A DNA stretch of 64,000 nucleotides from Coriobacteriaceae bacterium (GTDB lineage: Bacteria > Actinomycetota > Coriobacteriia > Coriobacteriales > QAMH01). Each line of letters starts with the position of its first letter. Position 1 is the first letter of the stretch. Below the pieces are notes generated by a model. It had not been told where the DNA came from and searched no databases. It was given only the letters and a program-made list of their open reading frames with translations. A program made the translations under genes and the position numbers. Below are positions 9,159 through 18,347 of this stretch, piece by piece. Location: positions 2,010-66,009 of the forward strand of contig JAJQAN010000026.1 in NCBI GenBank assembly GCA_021203765.1, given 5' to 3'.

Positions 9159-11756
9159 CTATGAGGGACGATCCAGACCTTTGATCGCCTCGTAGACCCG
9201 CTCGCAACACCTGCCGTCGCGGAAGATGAAGGTCTCGTCCATGCGACCGGTGTATTCCTCGGCGGATACGAAACCACGCTCGGCGATCTGTTCCAGCTCA
9301 TCCAGGAGCGCATCCTCCGTCTCGGCAATCGGACCGAAACCGTCTTTTTCGTAGTCGAAATAACCTTGGATGTAGCTATGGCTGCCGGCATAGAAGCTGT
9401 CCTTGTCGAACTGGTAGTACAGACACGGTTTGCCGAGGAAGGCCACATCGAAGATGGTGGACGAGTAGTCCGTGATGCAAACCGACGCACGGGAGAAGTA
9501 GTCCTGGATGGAAGCGTCCCCGTCGGCGGAGGCAAGCTCCACGTAGTCCGGCACCGTAAACATCCCCTCCTCCACATACGGGAGGATGTTGGCGTGTGGG
9601 AAGAAGACGACCTTGCAGCCGTAGCGCTCCGCGATCTCCTGCAGGCGCGCGCTGGCCAGCAACGATTCCCAGCGTCTCTTGTACTCCGATTCCATGAAGA
9701 CGGGGCTGGTCTCACGCAGGGCGCTGTTTTGTATGATCGGTCCGGCCAGGTCGTTACGCCAGGTGGGATTCACGAGTATCTCGGGGGCGGATTCCTCCGC
9801 GCTCTGCGCCTTTTCCAAGAGCGCATCGTGACGCGGAAAACCCGTCAAAGACACCTGGCTCGGCGTGTACACGTAGGGCGAGCCATCTTCGGTAAACGAG
9901 TGATACTCCTGCGGGATCGTGGTCACGAACAGGGAGACGGGCACCGTGTTGAGCCAGTTTGAGAAGTTGTTCTGATTGACGCCATGCTGCAAAAAGACGA
10001 AGTCCTTCGAGTCGTGGAAGTGGTCTCCGAAATACGAGCGCACGTAATAGCCGGCCTGCGAGCTGATGATCTTCGAGCAGGACTTCAAGATCCGCTCGTG
10101 TTCTGCAGACCCGAAGGCGAGCATCTTGAAGCCCTCGTCCTGCAGGCGTTGCCAATCCGCTGAATCCTGACGCAGGACGAAGTAGGCGTCCTGCTCGGGA
10201 TGCTCCCGCATCAGGTAGCGGTAGAAGTGCTCGCCGTTGTCGTCTGCCTGGGTGTCACGGTCCATGACGATCCAGACGTCGCCGTCCTGCTCGTAGTCCG
10301 ACCAGCTGCGCGTATAGCGGTCAAGAAGTTCTCCGACGGCGGTGCTGCCCACAAAGGATGTGCCACGGACGGAGAGGATGCCCCCCCTGACCTCGTCGGT
10401 GCCGAAGAAAAAGATCTGCCGGGGATCCTCATACGGTATCCAGCGCTCGTAGGATCGTGCAGCAGAGGTTCCGAAAAACCAGAGTTGCACAGCCTTGGAC
10501 TCCACGGGAGCGACCTCACCGCCGTCCAGGAAAAAGGAGACGTCTTCCGAAAAGGTTTCGATAAGCAGGCGCTTTTTTGCCAGATCCACCTTCCTGAGAT
10601 ACGCCCGCTCCTCCACAGGCCCAGGTGGGTCGAAGAAGAAAAGCAGACAGCGCTTCTGGGAGTAGTTCAGGTAACGGTCGGGGAAGCTCGCGAGAACGGA
10701 AAGGTCGATGTGGGCACAGACCTGCCGGAGCAGGGAGCAGAACTCGGCCTCGCCTTCCTTGTCGAGCACGGCTTCCGCCCGCTCGGGGTGGTTCATGAAG
10801 CGTTTGACCGTCCACGACAGGTCGTAGAGGATCGCACGCTGGGTATAGGCGGGAACGAATCCCTTCTTCTCCTGCGCGAATTCGAAAAGCGACAGCCACC
10901 CCCGACGCGGAACCACCAGCAGCCGCCCGGAGCCGCTCCACGACGTGTCGAGACCGGAATCCGCCGTCTGTCTCTTGCGGTAGTAATACTTCGGCCGGCT
11001 CAAAAAGCCGACGATCCCCGCTTCCAGAGACAGCAGGTACTGGCCGACGAAAAGCGCGTCTTCAAAGACGGGCTTCATGCCTTCGTCGGCTTCCAGCCGG
11101 TACCTGCCGATGAGGGACAGCCTGAAAAAGGCAGCGGTGACGGACAGCTGTATGGGGATGTCCTCGTTGTTGAACGCGAAGTAGCTGTCGCCCGTTTCGA
11201 AGCGGTAGCGCAGCGCATGGGTATCGCGGTACTCGTCCGTGGTCTCGAGGTAGTAGATGTAGTTGCAGCTCACCAGCTGGAGGGCAGGCCGCTTTTTGAT
11301 CGTCCGGTCGACCAGCTCGAAGTAGTCTGATGAGACGAAGTCATCTTGGTCGATGAAGGTGATCCACTCGGTCTGGGCATGACGCATGCCGAGGTTGCGG
11401 GCAGAGGCCTGTCCGCCGTTTTCCTTGTGCAGGTACGTGATGGCGTCCGGCCATTTTTGTTGCCAGGCTTTGATGATGTCTGCGGAACCGTCGGTCGATC
11501 CGTCGTCGACGGTGATGATGCGGAGGTTCTCCCTGCTGATCGTCTGGTGGTACAGGCTTTCGAAGTAATCGTCGAGGTAGGCTTCGGCGTTGTAGACGGC
11601 GGTGATGACCGTGTAGGTCTCCTTGCCCCGGTACGTGCCCGACTCACCCTCCTGCTTGGTCGTGGCCGTGCGACGACCTCGCAAGCGGCGGACAAGACCG
11701 TCCGGTAAAGCCCGCTTGAGCCATGTCCTGAACCGCTTCACCGACGATTGCGGCAC
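9159..11756 (-). CDS. Bifunctional GT2 glycosyltransferase / TagF-type phosphotransferase, copy 2 (paralog of 3028-5637)
   Basis: Collinear with copy 1 over its whole length. Identical runs include DVWIVMDRDTQADDNGEHFYRYLM, SKDFVFLQHGV, FSRASVCITDYSST and FRDGRCCERVYEAIK. Start set to in-frame GTG 11756, preceded by GGGAGG with a 6-nt spacer; this is the same layout as copy 1 and lies downstream of a CTGTAGAAT -10 element. The track ORF extends to 11927. Confidence 0.8.
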   Translation of the reverse strand: MPQSSVKRFRTWLKRALPDGLVRRLRGRRTATTKQEGESGTYRGKETYTVITAVYNAEAYLDDYFESLYHQTISRENLRIITVDDGSTDGSADIIKAWQQKWPDAITYLHKENGGQASARNLGMRHAQTEWITFIDQDDFVSSDYFELVDRTIKKRPALQLVSCNYIYYLETTDEYRDTHALRYRFETGDSYFAFNNEDIPIQLSVTAAFFRLSLIGRYRLEADEGMKPVFEDALFVGQYLLSLEAGIVGFLSRPKYYYRKRQTADSGLDTSWSGSGRLLVVPRRGWLSLFEFAQEKKGFVPAYTQRAILYDLSWTVKRFMNHPERAEAVLDKEGEAEFCSLLRQVCAHIDLSVLASFPDRYLNYSQKRCLLFFFDPPGPVEERAYLRKVDLAKKRLLIETFSEDVSFFLDGGEVAPVESKAVQLWFFGTSAARSYERWIPYEDPRQIFFFGTDEVRGGILSVRGTSFVGSTAVGELLDRYTRSWSDYEQDGDVWIVMDRDTQADDNGEHFYRYLMREHPEQDAYFVLRQDSADWQRLQDEGFKMLAFGSAEHERILKSCSKIISSQAGYYVRSYFGDHFHDSKDFVFLQHGVNQNNFSNWLNTVPVSLFVTTIPQEYHSFTEDGSPYVYTPSQVSLTGFPRHDALLEKAQSAEESAPEILVNPTWRNDLAGPIIQNSALRETSPVFMESEYKRRWESLLASARLQEIAERYGCKVVFFPHANILPYVEEGMFTVPDYVELASADGDASIQDYFSRASVCITDYSSTIFDVAFLGKPCLYYQFDKDSFYAGSHSYIQGYFDYEKDGFGPIAETEDALLDELEQIAERGFVSAEEYTGRMDETFIFRDGRCCERVYEAIKGLDRPS

Positions 11757-11808
11757 ACGCGACCTCCCAAGTGAATCAGCATGAAAACCCGCTTCGTACA
11801 GACCAAAC

Positions 11809-11817
11809 ATTCTACAG
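11809..11817 (-). promoter_or_regulatory. Putative promoter -10 element CTGTAGAAT (minus strand) for GT2-TagF copy 2
   Basis: Forward sequence is ATTCTACAG. It lies about 50 nt upstream of GTG 11756, the same geometry as copy 1. Confidence 0.45.
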
Positions 11818-11980
11818 CACCACATACCCTTATACGAATTGACAGGGGAACGCCCGTGCCGCATAAAAACACTACGGCATGAACACCTAGGGGCTGACGG
11901 CACCAAGATCGCCTGTGCGCAGGCCAACCGTCTGTACTAGAATCGAAATTTGCAAATCGCTCCCAAGCCGAGGTGGGTTC

Positions 11981-13522
11981 TTGGTCTTTTCAAGTTCGAC
12001 ATTCCTGCTCGCCTTTCTGCCCGTCACGCTCATCCTCTACTTCATCATCCCCTGCCGGCCGTACCGGAACGTCCTGCTGCTGGTCGCCTCCCTTTTCTTT
12101 TACGCATGGGGCGAGCCGTCCTACGTCGTGCTCATGCTCTTTTCGATACTGTTCAACTGGCTGCTCGGCTGCGCTATCCAAGGGTCCAAAAACCATGCCA
12201 GGATCCCCCTGGTCATAAGCCTCATCCTGAATCTGCTGGTTCTGGGCTTTTTCAAATACGAGGGCTTCGTCGCCGACAGTATCAACACGCTGCTCGGCAC
12301 CTCCATCCCCAACCTGGAACTGCCCTTGCCGATCGGCATATCGTTTTACACACTGCAGGCGCTCTCCTATGTCATCGACGTCTATCGCGGGAAGGTCGCC
12401 GCCCAGAAAAATCCGCTCTACCTCGGCATGTATATCGCCATGTTCCCCCAGCTCATCGCCGGTCCCATCGTCCGCTATTCGACGATCGAGGAACAGGTCC
12501 AAAACCGTAAGGAGAACTTCCGGGACTTCTGCTCCGGGGCACGCCTGTTCGTCATCGGGATGGGAAAGAAGGTTCTGCTCGCCAACATCGTCGCCATCCT
12601 CGCCGAGGAGATGTTGGCGCGGGGCGGGGCCGACATCGGCGTCATCGGGGCATGGAGCGGTCTGGTCGCCTACGCCTTCCAGATCTTCTTCGACTTCGCC
12701 GGCTACTCCGACATGGCTATCGGACTGGGTAAGATGTTCGGATTCCAGTACCTACGCAACTTCAACTATCCCTACATCTCCAAGAACATCACCGAGTTCT
12801 GGCGCCGCTGGCACATCTCGCTTTCCTCGTTTTTCCGCGACTACCTCTACATACCACTCGGCGGAAGCCGCGTCGCAAAGCCACGCTGGGTCTTCAACCT
12901 CTTCGTCGTCTGGTTTTTGACGGGCCTGTGGCACGGGGCGGCGTGGAACTTCGTCTTGTGGGGACTTTTCTACCTGGCGATCCTGCTTTTGGAAAAACTC
13001 GTGTGGGGCAATCTGCTCGCACGTCTGCCGTCGATCGTGCAACACCTCTATTCCATCCTGGTCTTCATGTTCGCCTGGCTGCTCTTCTGGATCGAGGACA
13101 TGGGGCAGATGGGGCAGTATCTGACGGCCATGTTCGGCGGTTTCGGCCTGACCGGCGGGGCCACCCTGTGGGAGCTCACGTTCTGGGAATATCTGCCCGT
13201 CCTCGTGATCTGCATCGTCGCCGCCACCCCGATCCTGCCGTGGCTGCGTGCCAAACTGGTAGCCTGGGTCAACGGTCGCAAGCTGAAAAACTTCCTGGAA
13301 TGCGACATCCCCAACGAGAAGGCGCTGGCTACGAAGAGCCTCTGCGATTACCAAGGCTATCTCGAAGAAGGCAGGGCAGCGGGGACGCTGCATTCGAAGC
13401 GCTCCGCCGTATTCTCCGTCATTTTGACCCTGGCAGACATCGCCTTGATCGCCCTGTTCGTCTTGAGCATCTGTGCGATCGTCTCGGGGTCATTCAACCC
13501 CTTCATCTACTTCCGCTTTTAG
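11981..13522 (+). CDS. MBOAT-family membrane O-acyltransferase (AlgI/DltB/PatA-like)
   Basis: Multi-TM protein with FYTLQALSYVIDVY and the catalytic-His block FWRRWHISLSSFFRDYLYIPLGG. Start set to TTG 11981 (giving MVFSSSTFLLAFLP, a typical AlgI-type N-terminus), preceded by GAGGTGG with a 4-nt spacer. The track ORF starts at 11915. Confidence 0.85.
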   Translation: MVFSSSTFLLAFLPVTLILYFIIPCRPYRNVLLLVASLFFYAWGEPSYVVLMLFSILFNWLLGCAIQGSKNHARIPLVISLILNLLVLGFFKYEGFVADSINTLLGTSIPNLELPLPIGISFYTLQALSYVIDVYRGKVAAQKNPLYLGMYIAMFPQLIAGPIVRYSTIEEQVQNRKENFRDFCSGARLFVIGMGKKVLLANIVAILAEEMLARGGADIGVIGAWSGLVAYAFQIFFDFAGYSDMAIGLGKMFGFQYLRNFNYPYISKNITEFWRRWHISLSSFFRDYLYIPLGGSRVAKPRWVFNLFVVWFLTGLWHGAAWNFVLWGLFYLAILLLEKLVWGNLLARLPSIVQHLYSILVFMFAWLLFWIEDMGQMGQYLTAMFGGFGLTGGATLWELTFWEYLPVLVICIVAATPILPWLRAKLVAWVNGRKLKNFLECDIPNEKALATKSLCDYQGYLEEGRAAGTLHSKRSAVFSVILTLADIALIALFVLSICAIVSGSFNPFIYFRF

Positions 13523-13544
13523 GAAACAACGATGTGCCCGCAGG

Positions 13545-14630
13545 TCATGGGCGAGCTTCTTGCGCGACGGCGTCCGCGGCCTCGGGCAGCTTCTTATTCC
13601 TTCCCGTCAGCCGTCTGATGATCGGCGTGTCGATCTTGTAGGCGGCAAACGCGATGATAGCGGCGCAGAGCAGCATGACAAAGTAGCCGGCTACCCAGCC
13701 CTCGTAAGCGGCGGGGAAGATGAGCCGGTAAACCTTGTTGCACATCATGTGGGCGAGGTAGAGCTCGAGCGAGAACGCCCCGAAGAAGGCGAAGATGGTG
13801 TCGAGGACGCTTTTGTGCGACTTACGGTGCAAAAGCGAACAGCCGTGGAAGATCGCGGCGAGCGCGTAGGCAAGCGAGATGCCGCCGACCATATAGAACA
13901 GACGGGTGTAGATCTGTTCGGGCAACAAGCTGTTGACCTTGACGAAGAAGAAGGCCACGACCGCGACGACGACGAGGGCGAACCAGGCGGGGTTGACCTC
14001 CTTTTTCTCGTAGACGTACTTGCCGGCCCAGCATCCGACGATAAAGACGGGGAAGCGTGTGAGAGCAACCTCCACGCTGTCATAGAACTCGGGCGCAGCG
14101 ACAGAGAGCGAGAAGATGAGCAGGTAGGTCACAGCCAATAGAACTAACAGCCGCACGAACGGGTGCTTGCCACTGAAGAGCCAGCGAAAGACAAACGGAT
14201 AGAGCAAGTACAGGATGACGATGAGCGAAACAAACCAGATGTTGGTATCCCCCGTCACCCAAAAAGAGAGCAGGGTCAGGCGCAGGACGTAGAGGCCCCA
14301 TGCGCCGCTGGTGACGAGCAGGTAGGTCCAGTAGACGATGAAGATCAGCAGCGCGGGGACGAAGATGCGTGCAAAACGCTTCTTGATGAAGGCATAGGTG
14401 TCGGGGTTTTTAAAAAACGAGAAGTAGAGGCAGACGCTCGACAGGAATAAGAAGATGTCGACGCCGACGTTTCCCGCGTTGATGAAATCCTGCAGGGGCT
14501 GCAAGGCGTCGATGCCGAAGGAGTAGTCGATGCCGTCGATGTCATGACCGTGAAAGACCATGATCCACAGGATGCTGAAGCCGTAGATGGCGCCGCGGTG
14601 CTGACTGATGATGTCGAGCTTGAAACGCAT
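13545..14630 (-). CDS. Acyltransferase-3 family membrane protein (O-acyltransferase), copy A
   Basis: 361-aa polytopic protein. N-terminal QHRGAIYGFSILWIMVFHG block resembles the acyltransferase-3 R...G...H motif. Paralog of 15789-16877. Confidence 0.75.
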   Translation of the reverse strand: MRFKLDIISQHRGAIYGFSILWIMVFHGHDIDGIDYSFGIDALQPLQDFINAGNVGVDIFLFLSSVCLYFSFFKNPDTYAFIKKRFARIFVPALLIFIVYWTYLLVTSGAWGLYVLRLTLLSFWVTGDTNIWFVSLIVILYLLYPFVFRWLFSGKHPFVRLLVLLAVTYLLIFSLSVAAPEFYDSVEVALTRFPVFIVGCWAGKYVYEKKEVNPAWFALVVVAVVAFFFVKVNSLLPEQIYTRLFYMVGGISLAYALAAIFHGCSLLHRKSHKSVLDTIFAFFGAFSLELYLAHMMCNKVYRLIFPAAYEGWVAGYFVMLLCAAIIAFAAYKIDTPIIRRLTGRNKKLPEAADAVAQEARP

Positions 14631-14658
14631 AAGCCCCCTTCACCGTGCGGACAATCCG

Positions 14659-14664
14659 ATTGTA
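14659..14664 (-). promoter_or_regulatory. Putative -10 TACAAT upstream of acyltransferase-3 copy A
   Basis: Minus strand reads cgcTACAATcgg, 29 nt upstream of ATG 14630. It overlaps the small palindrome ACAATccgATTGT. A GAAGGGGG RBS follows. Confidence 0.35.
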
Positions 14665-14704
14665 GCGAAGGGCACCGGGGAAAGGAGTCGTCCTTGCCTA
14701 CAAT

Positions 14705-15799
14705 CTACCCTTCTTTCAGATGCCGCGGCTCATGCTCGGTGCGTGGCATCGCCCTGGCACACAGGCGCCGCAAGGCGGCCACCCACTTGTTCGGAAAGGC
14801 CGGCAGGGCCAAAAGGAACGCAGTCAGGACACCGATGACGAACGGGAAGACGATGCCGACCCACGCCCCGATGGAAAGCATCGCCTCGGGTAGACCGAAA
14901 CGCTGCCAGGCATAGTACAGGAGCAGATGCACGATGTAGACCTGCAAAGAGCGCTCCCCCACCGTCGATAAAAACGAATGCCTGCTCGGGGTGATGACGA
15001 GGATGGCGATGCTGATAAGGGCAATCAGCAGATAGCTCGCAAGACGCAAAAGCGCATAGACCCCGGCGGACAAGGGGTAGGTCTTTTGGAGGGCGGGGAG
15101 CGTGTTGGCGCCGGTGCAGAGCCTCCGGATCATGAGGGAGATATCGTCGGGGACGCCGTACAGAAGCAGAAAATACAGCACGAGAACGACGGCGGCCGTG
15201 AATATCAGGCTCCATCTGAACGGCCGTCCCCGCTCATCGAAGCGTTTGCGCCACGATAAGACGGCCCCGGACTCCAGGTAGAAGCCGACAGCATACACCG
15301 GCAGGTAGGTGAAGAAACGCGCATTGGCCAACAGGTTCGGATCGTCGACGAACAGACAGCAGCCGACCGACAGCACGAGGCTTCCCACGAGCGCGACCGG
15401 CCAGCGCAGTTTTGCCAAAAGCGGCGTGCAGGCCACGAAGCAGCCGAGGGTGAGCAGATACCATGCCCCGCTGCTGACCTCGAAGGGATTGTACGTGCGC
15501 GCATTCCCGAGCAGAAGGTCCTCGCAGTAGGCGGCGGTGTAGAACAAGACGAACAGGAGCAGATAGAGCAGAACGTTGTCGAGCCTGAATCCCCGTCCGT
15601 CCTTGAAGGAGCGTGCCGCGAACAGACCGGAGCAGAACAGGAACAGCGGCATATGGAAGGTGTAGATGAAGTTCGTCAGCGCCAGGATCGCCTTGGAATC
15701 GGTCAGGGTGGTAAAGGTGATCAGCATGTGGCCGGCGACCACAAGGCAGATGAGGATTCCCTTGATGTTGTCGATGTATGCGCTGCGCTCAGCTGCCAT
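14705..15799 (-). CDS. Acyltransferase-3 family membrane protein, divergent copy
   Basis: SAYIDNIKGILICLVVAGHML N-terminal motif and about 10 predicted TM helices. Start set to ATG 15799 (MAAERS). This start overlaps the upstream gene's stop by 11 nt. Confidence 0.7.
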   Translation of the reverse strand: MAAERSAYIDNIKGILICLVVAGHMLITFTTLTDSKAILALTNFIYTFHMPLFLFCSGLFAARSFKDGRGFRLDNVLLYLLLFVLFYTAAYCEDLLLGNARTYNPFEVSSGAWYLLTLGCFVACTPLLAKLRWPVALVGSLVLSVGCCLFVDDPNLLANARFFTYLPVYAVGFYLESGAVLSWRKRFDERGRPFRWSLIFTAAVVLVLYFLLLYGVPDDISLMIRRLCTGANTLPALQKTYPLSAGVYALLRLASYLLIALISIAILVITPSRHSFLSTVGERSLQVYIVHLLLYYAWQRFGLPEAMLSIGAWVGIVFPFVIGVLTAFLLALPAFPNKWVAALRRLCARAMPRTEHEPRHLKEG

Positions 15800-16877
15800 C
15801 CTGGGTCTCCGCAGCTTTTTGGGTTGTCTCGGGCAATTGCTTCTTTTTGCCCGACAGCAGCCTGACGAGCGGTGTGGTGGCCTTGTAGACGACAAACGCG
15901 ATGATGATCGAACAGAGCAGCATGAGGTAGTAGCCGCCGATGAGCCCGTCGGCGGCCCCGGGCACGATGAGGCAGTAGACCCGGTTGCACATCATGTGCG
16001 ACAGATACAGCTCGAGGGAAAACGTGCCGAAGAAGCCGAAGAAAGCCGCCAGGACGCTCTTGTGTGTCTTTCGATGCAGCAGCGACAGCCCATGGAAGAT
16101 GCCCCCGAACAGAAACGCAAGCGAGACACCACCGACGAGATAGACCACGCGCATGACGAAGATCGAGGGGATCTGCTCGCTCATCTTGTAGCCGACGGCG
16201 AATACCGCGGCGACGACGACGAGGATGAACCAGGCCGGATGGACCTCCCGCTTCTCGTAGACGAACTTGCCCGCCCAGCAGCCGATGAAGAAGACCGGAA
16301 AACGCGTCAGGGCGATCTCGGCACGGTTGTAGTACTCGGGAGCCACCTGCGCCAGTGAGAAGATGATGAGATAGGCGACGGCCAAAAGGATCAGCAGGCG
16401 CACGAAGGAATGTTTGGAATCGAAGAGGAAGTGGTAGATGTAGGGGTAGAGCAGATACATGATGAGGATCGCCGCGACGAACCAGATGACCCCGTCGCCG
16501 CCGAACCAGAAGGCGAGCAGACTCAGCGAGAGCAGATAGCTGCCCCAGTCGCCGCTCACCACCAGCTGGTAGGTCCAGTAGGCGATGAAGATCACGATGG
16601 CAGGAACGTAGAGGCGGGCGAAGCGTTTCTTGATGAAGGCGTAGATGTCGGGGTTCTTATGGAACGAGAAGTAGAGACAGACCCCGGACAAAAACAAGAA
16701 GATGTCGACCCCGATGTTGCCCACGTTGATGAATTCCGCGAGGAAGTTGAGGGACTCGTGGCCGAATGAGTAGTCGACGTTGTCGAGACCGGCGGCATGA
16801 AAGATCATGATCCAGATGATGCTGACGCCGTAGATGGCGTTTCGGTATTTGCTGACTATGTCGAGCTTGAAGCGCAT
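15789..16877 (-). CDS. Acyltransferase-3 family membrane protein, copy B
   Basis: Starts MRFKLDIVSKYRNAIYGVSIIWIMIFH, against MRFKLDIISQHRGAIYGFSILWIMVFH in copy A. Both share FIKKRFAR and ALTRFPVF..GCWAGK.VYEK. ATG 16877 has GAGGA upstream and lies 4 nt after the rfbC stop. Confidence 0.75.
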   Translation of the reverse strand: MRFKLDIVSKYRNAIYGVSIIWIMIFHAAGLDNVDYSFGHESLNFLAEFINVGNIGVDIFLFLSGVCLYFSFHKNPDIYAFIKKRFARLYVPAIVIFIAYWTYQLVVSGDWGSYLLSLSLLAFWFGGDGVIWFVAAILIMYLLYPYIYHFLFDSKHSFVRLLILLAVAYLIIFSLAQVAPEYYNRAEIALTRFPVFFIGCWAGKFVYEKREVHPAWFILVVVAAVFAVGYKMSEQIPSIFVMRVVYLVGGVSLAFLFGGIFHGLSLLHRKTHKSVLAAFFGFFGTFSLELYLSHMMCNRVYCLIVPGAADGLIGGYYLMLLCSIIIAFVVYKATTPLVRLLSGKKKQLPETTQKAAETQDGS

Positions 16878-16881
16878 ATCC

Positions 16882-17448
16882 TCAGTGCTTGAATGTGGTA
16901 AACGACGGGTTCTGGGCATCCTTGTCGCTTAAGATCGGCTGCGCGCCGGCCTCGAGCGGCCAGTCGATGCCGATGTCGGAATCGTCCCAGGCAAGGCCGC
17001 CTTCATCGTTCGGATGATAGACGTCGTCGCATTTGTAGCAGAACTCGGCGTGCTCGGAGAGTACCAAAAAGCCATGGGCAAACCCACGCGGTATGAAGAA
17101 CTGCCGCCTGTTCTCCGCTGTCAGTTCGACCCCTTCCCATCCGCCGAAGGTGGAGCTGCCCTCCCGCAGGTCGACCGCCACATCGAAGACGGACCCTGCA
17201 ATGACGCGGACGAGCTTTGCCTGGGGATGCTCGATCTGGAAGTGCAGGCCGCGCAGAACCCCTTTGCTCGAGGAGGACTGGTTGTCCTGGACGAATTCGC
17301 AGTCGATGCCGCCGGCGATAAAATCGGGACGTTTGTAGGTCTCTGCGAAGGAGCCGCGATCGTCATCATAGGCCTTCACATCGACGATCTTGACGCCTTC
17401 GATGGAGGTGTCGGTGAAGGTGAAGTTGCCGGAGGTCACCTGGCTCAT
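16882..17448 (-). CDS. rfbC: dTDP-4-dehydrorhamnose 3,5-epimerase
   Basis: 188 aa from MSQVTSG. RmlC cupin blocks are present ([50 protein letters not shown]). The ATG overlaps the rfbA stop (ATGA). Confidence 0.9.
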   Translation of the reverse strand: MSQVTSGNFTFTDTSIEGVKIVDVKAYDDDRGSFAETYKRPDFIAGGIDCEFVQDNQSSSSKGVLRGLHFQIEHPQAKLVRVIAGSVFDVAVDLREGSSTFGGWEGVELTAENRRQFFIPRGFAHGFLVLSEHAEFCYKCDDVYHPNDEGGLAWDDSDIGIDWPLEAGAQPILSDKDAQNPSFTTFKH

Positions 17449-18347
17449 GCGGGATCCCGGTCGGGGCGGACGTTGCCTTCGGCGACCGCCAGCAGATGTG
17501 CGCCGTACTTCGACTTGCCGCAGCGCTTCGCACAGGCCAGCAGACGCTCCTTGTCGATCCAGCCGTTGGTGTAGGCGATCTCTTCGGGGACGCAGACCGG
17601 CAGACCCTGGCTCTGCTCGACCACACGGACGAACTCGTTCGCCTCGAAGAGCGAGTCCATCGTCCCGGTGTCGAGCCACGCCATGCCGCGATCGAAGGTG
17701 ACGACGTTGAGCGAGCCGTCGTCCAGATACATCTGATTGAGGCTCGTGATCTCGAGTTCGCCGCGCTCCGAGGGCGCGACCTGCTTGGCCAGATCACAGA
17801 CGCGCGAATCGTAGAAGTACAGACCGGTGACCGCATAGTTCGACTTGGGGACCTTGGGCTTTTCCTCGATGGAGATGGCGTTGAAGTTCTCGTCGAATTC
17901 GACAACGCCGTAGCGTTCGGGATCGTCGACCCAGTAGCCGAAGACGGTCGCGCCCTGGTTGTTCTCCGCCGCCGCGACCGCATCCCGCAGGTGTTGCGTG
18001 AGCCCGCTGCCGAAGAAGATATTGTCGCCCAATACGAGGGCGCAGGGCTCCCCGTCGATGAAGTCCTCGCCGAGGATGAAGGCCTGTGCCAGGCCGTCGG
18101 GCGTGGGCTGTTCGATATAGCTGAGCTCGATGCCGAAGTCGCTTCCGTCCCCGAGTAATTCCTTGAAATTATTAAGATTGTCAGGCGTGGAGATGAGCAG
18201 GATTTCGCGGATGCCCGCCATCATCAGGACCGAGAGCGGATAGTAGACCATCGGTTTGTCATAGACCGGAAGCAGCTGTTTGGAGGTCACGCGCGTGAGC
18301 GGATACAAGCGCGTGCCCGAGCCGCCTGCCAAGATGATGCCTTTCAC
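17445..18347 (-). CDS. rfbA: Glucose-1-phosphate thymidylyltransferase
   Basis: [55 protein letters not shown] is a canonical RmlA N-terminus. The GTG start at 18347 overlaps the upstream stop (GTGA). The track ORF is over-extended to 18680. Confidence 0.9.
   Translation of the reverse strand: MKGIILAGGSGTRLYPLTRVTSKQLLPVYDKPMVYYPLSVLMMAGIREILLISTPDNLNNFKELLGDGSDFGIELSYIEQPTPDGLAQAFILGEDFIDGEPCALVLGDNIFFGSGLTQHLRDAVAAAENNQGATVFGYWVDDPERYGVVEFDENFNAISIEEKPKVPKSNYAVTGLYFYDSRVCDLAKQVAPSERGELEITSLNQMYLDDGSLNVVTFDRGMAWLDTGTMDSLFEANEFVRVVEQSQGLPVCVPEEIAYTNGWIDKERLLACAKRCGKSKYGAHLLAVAEGNVRPDRDPA

Noticed and set aside
11757-11927. Longer start (11927) or the ATG at 11810 for GT2-TagF copy 2
   Set aside because: A CTGTAGAAT -10-like element lies at 11809-11817, which would place these codons upstream of or at the transcription start. 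GTG 11756 reproduces the GGAGG-6 nt-GTG layout and the N-terminal length of copy 1. This remains uncertain without transcription-start data.
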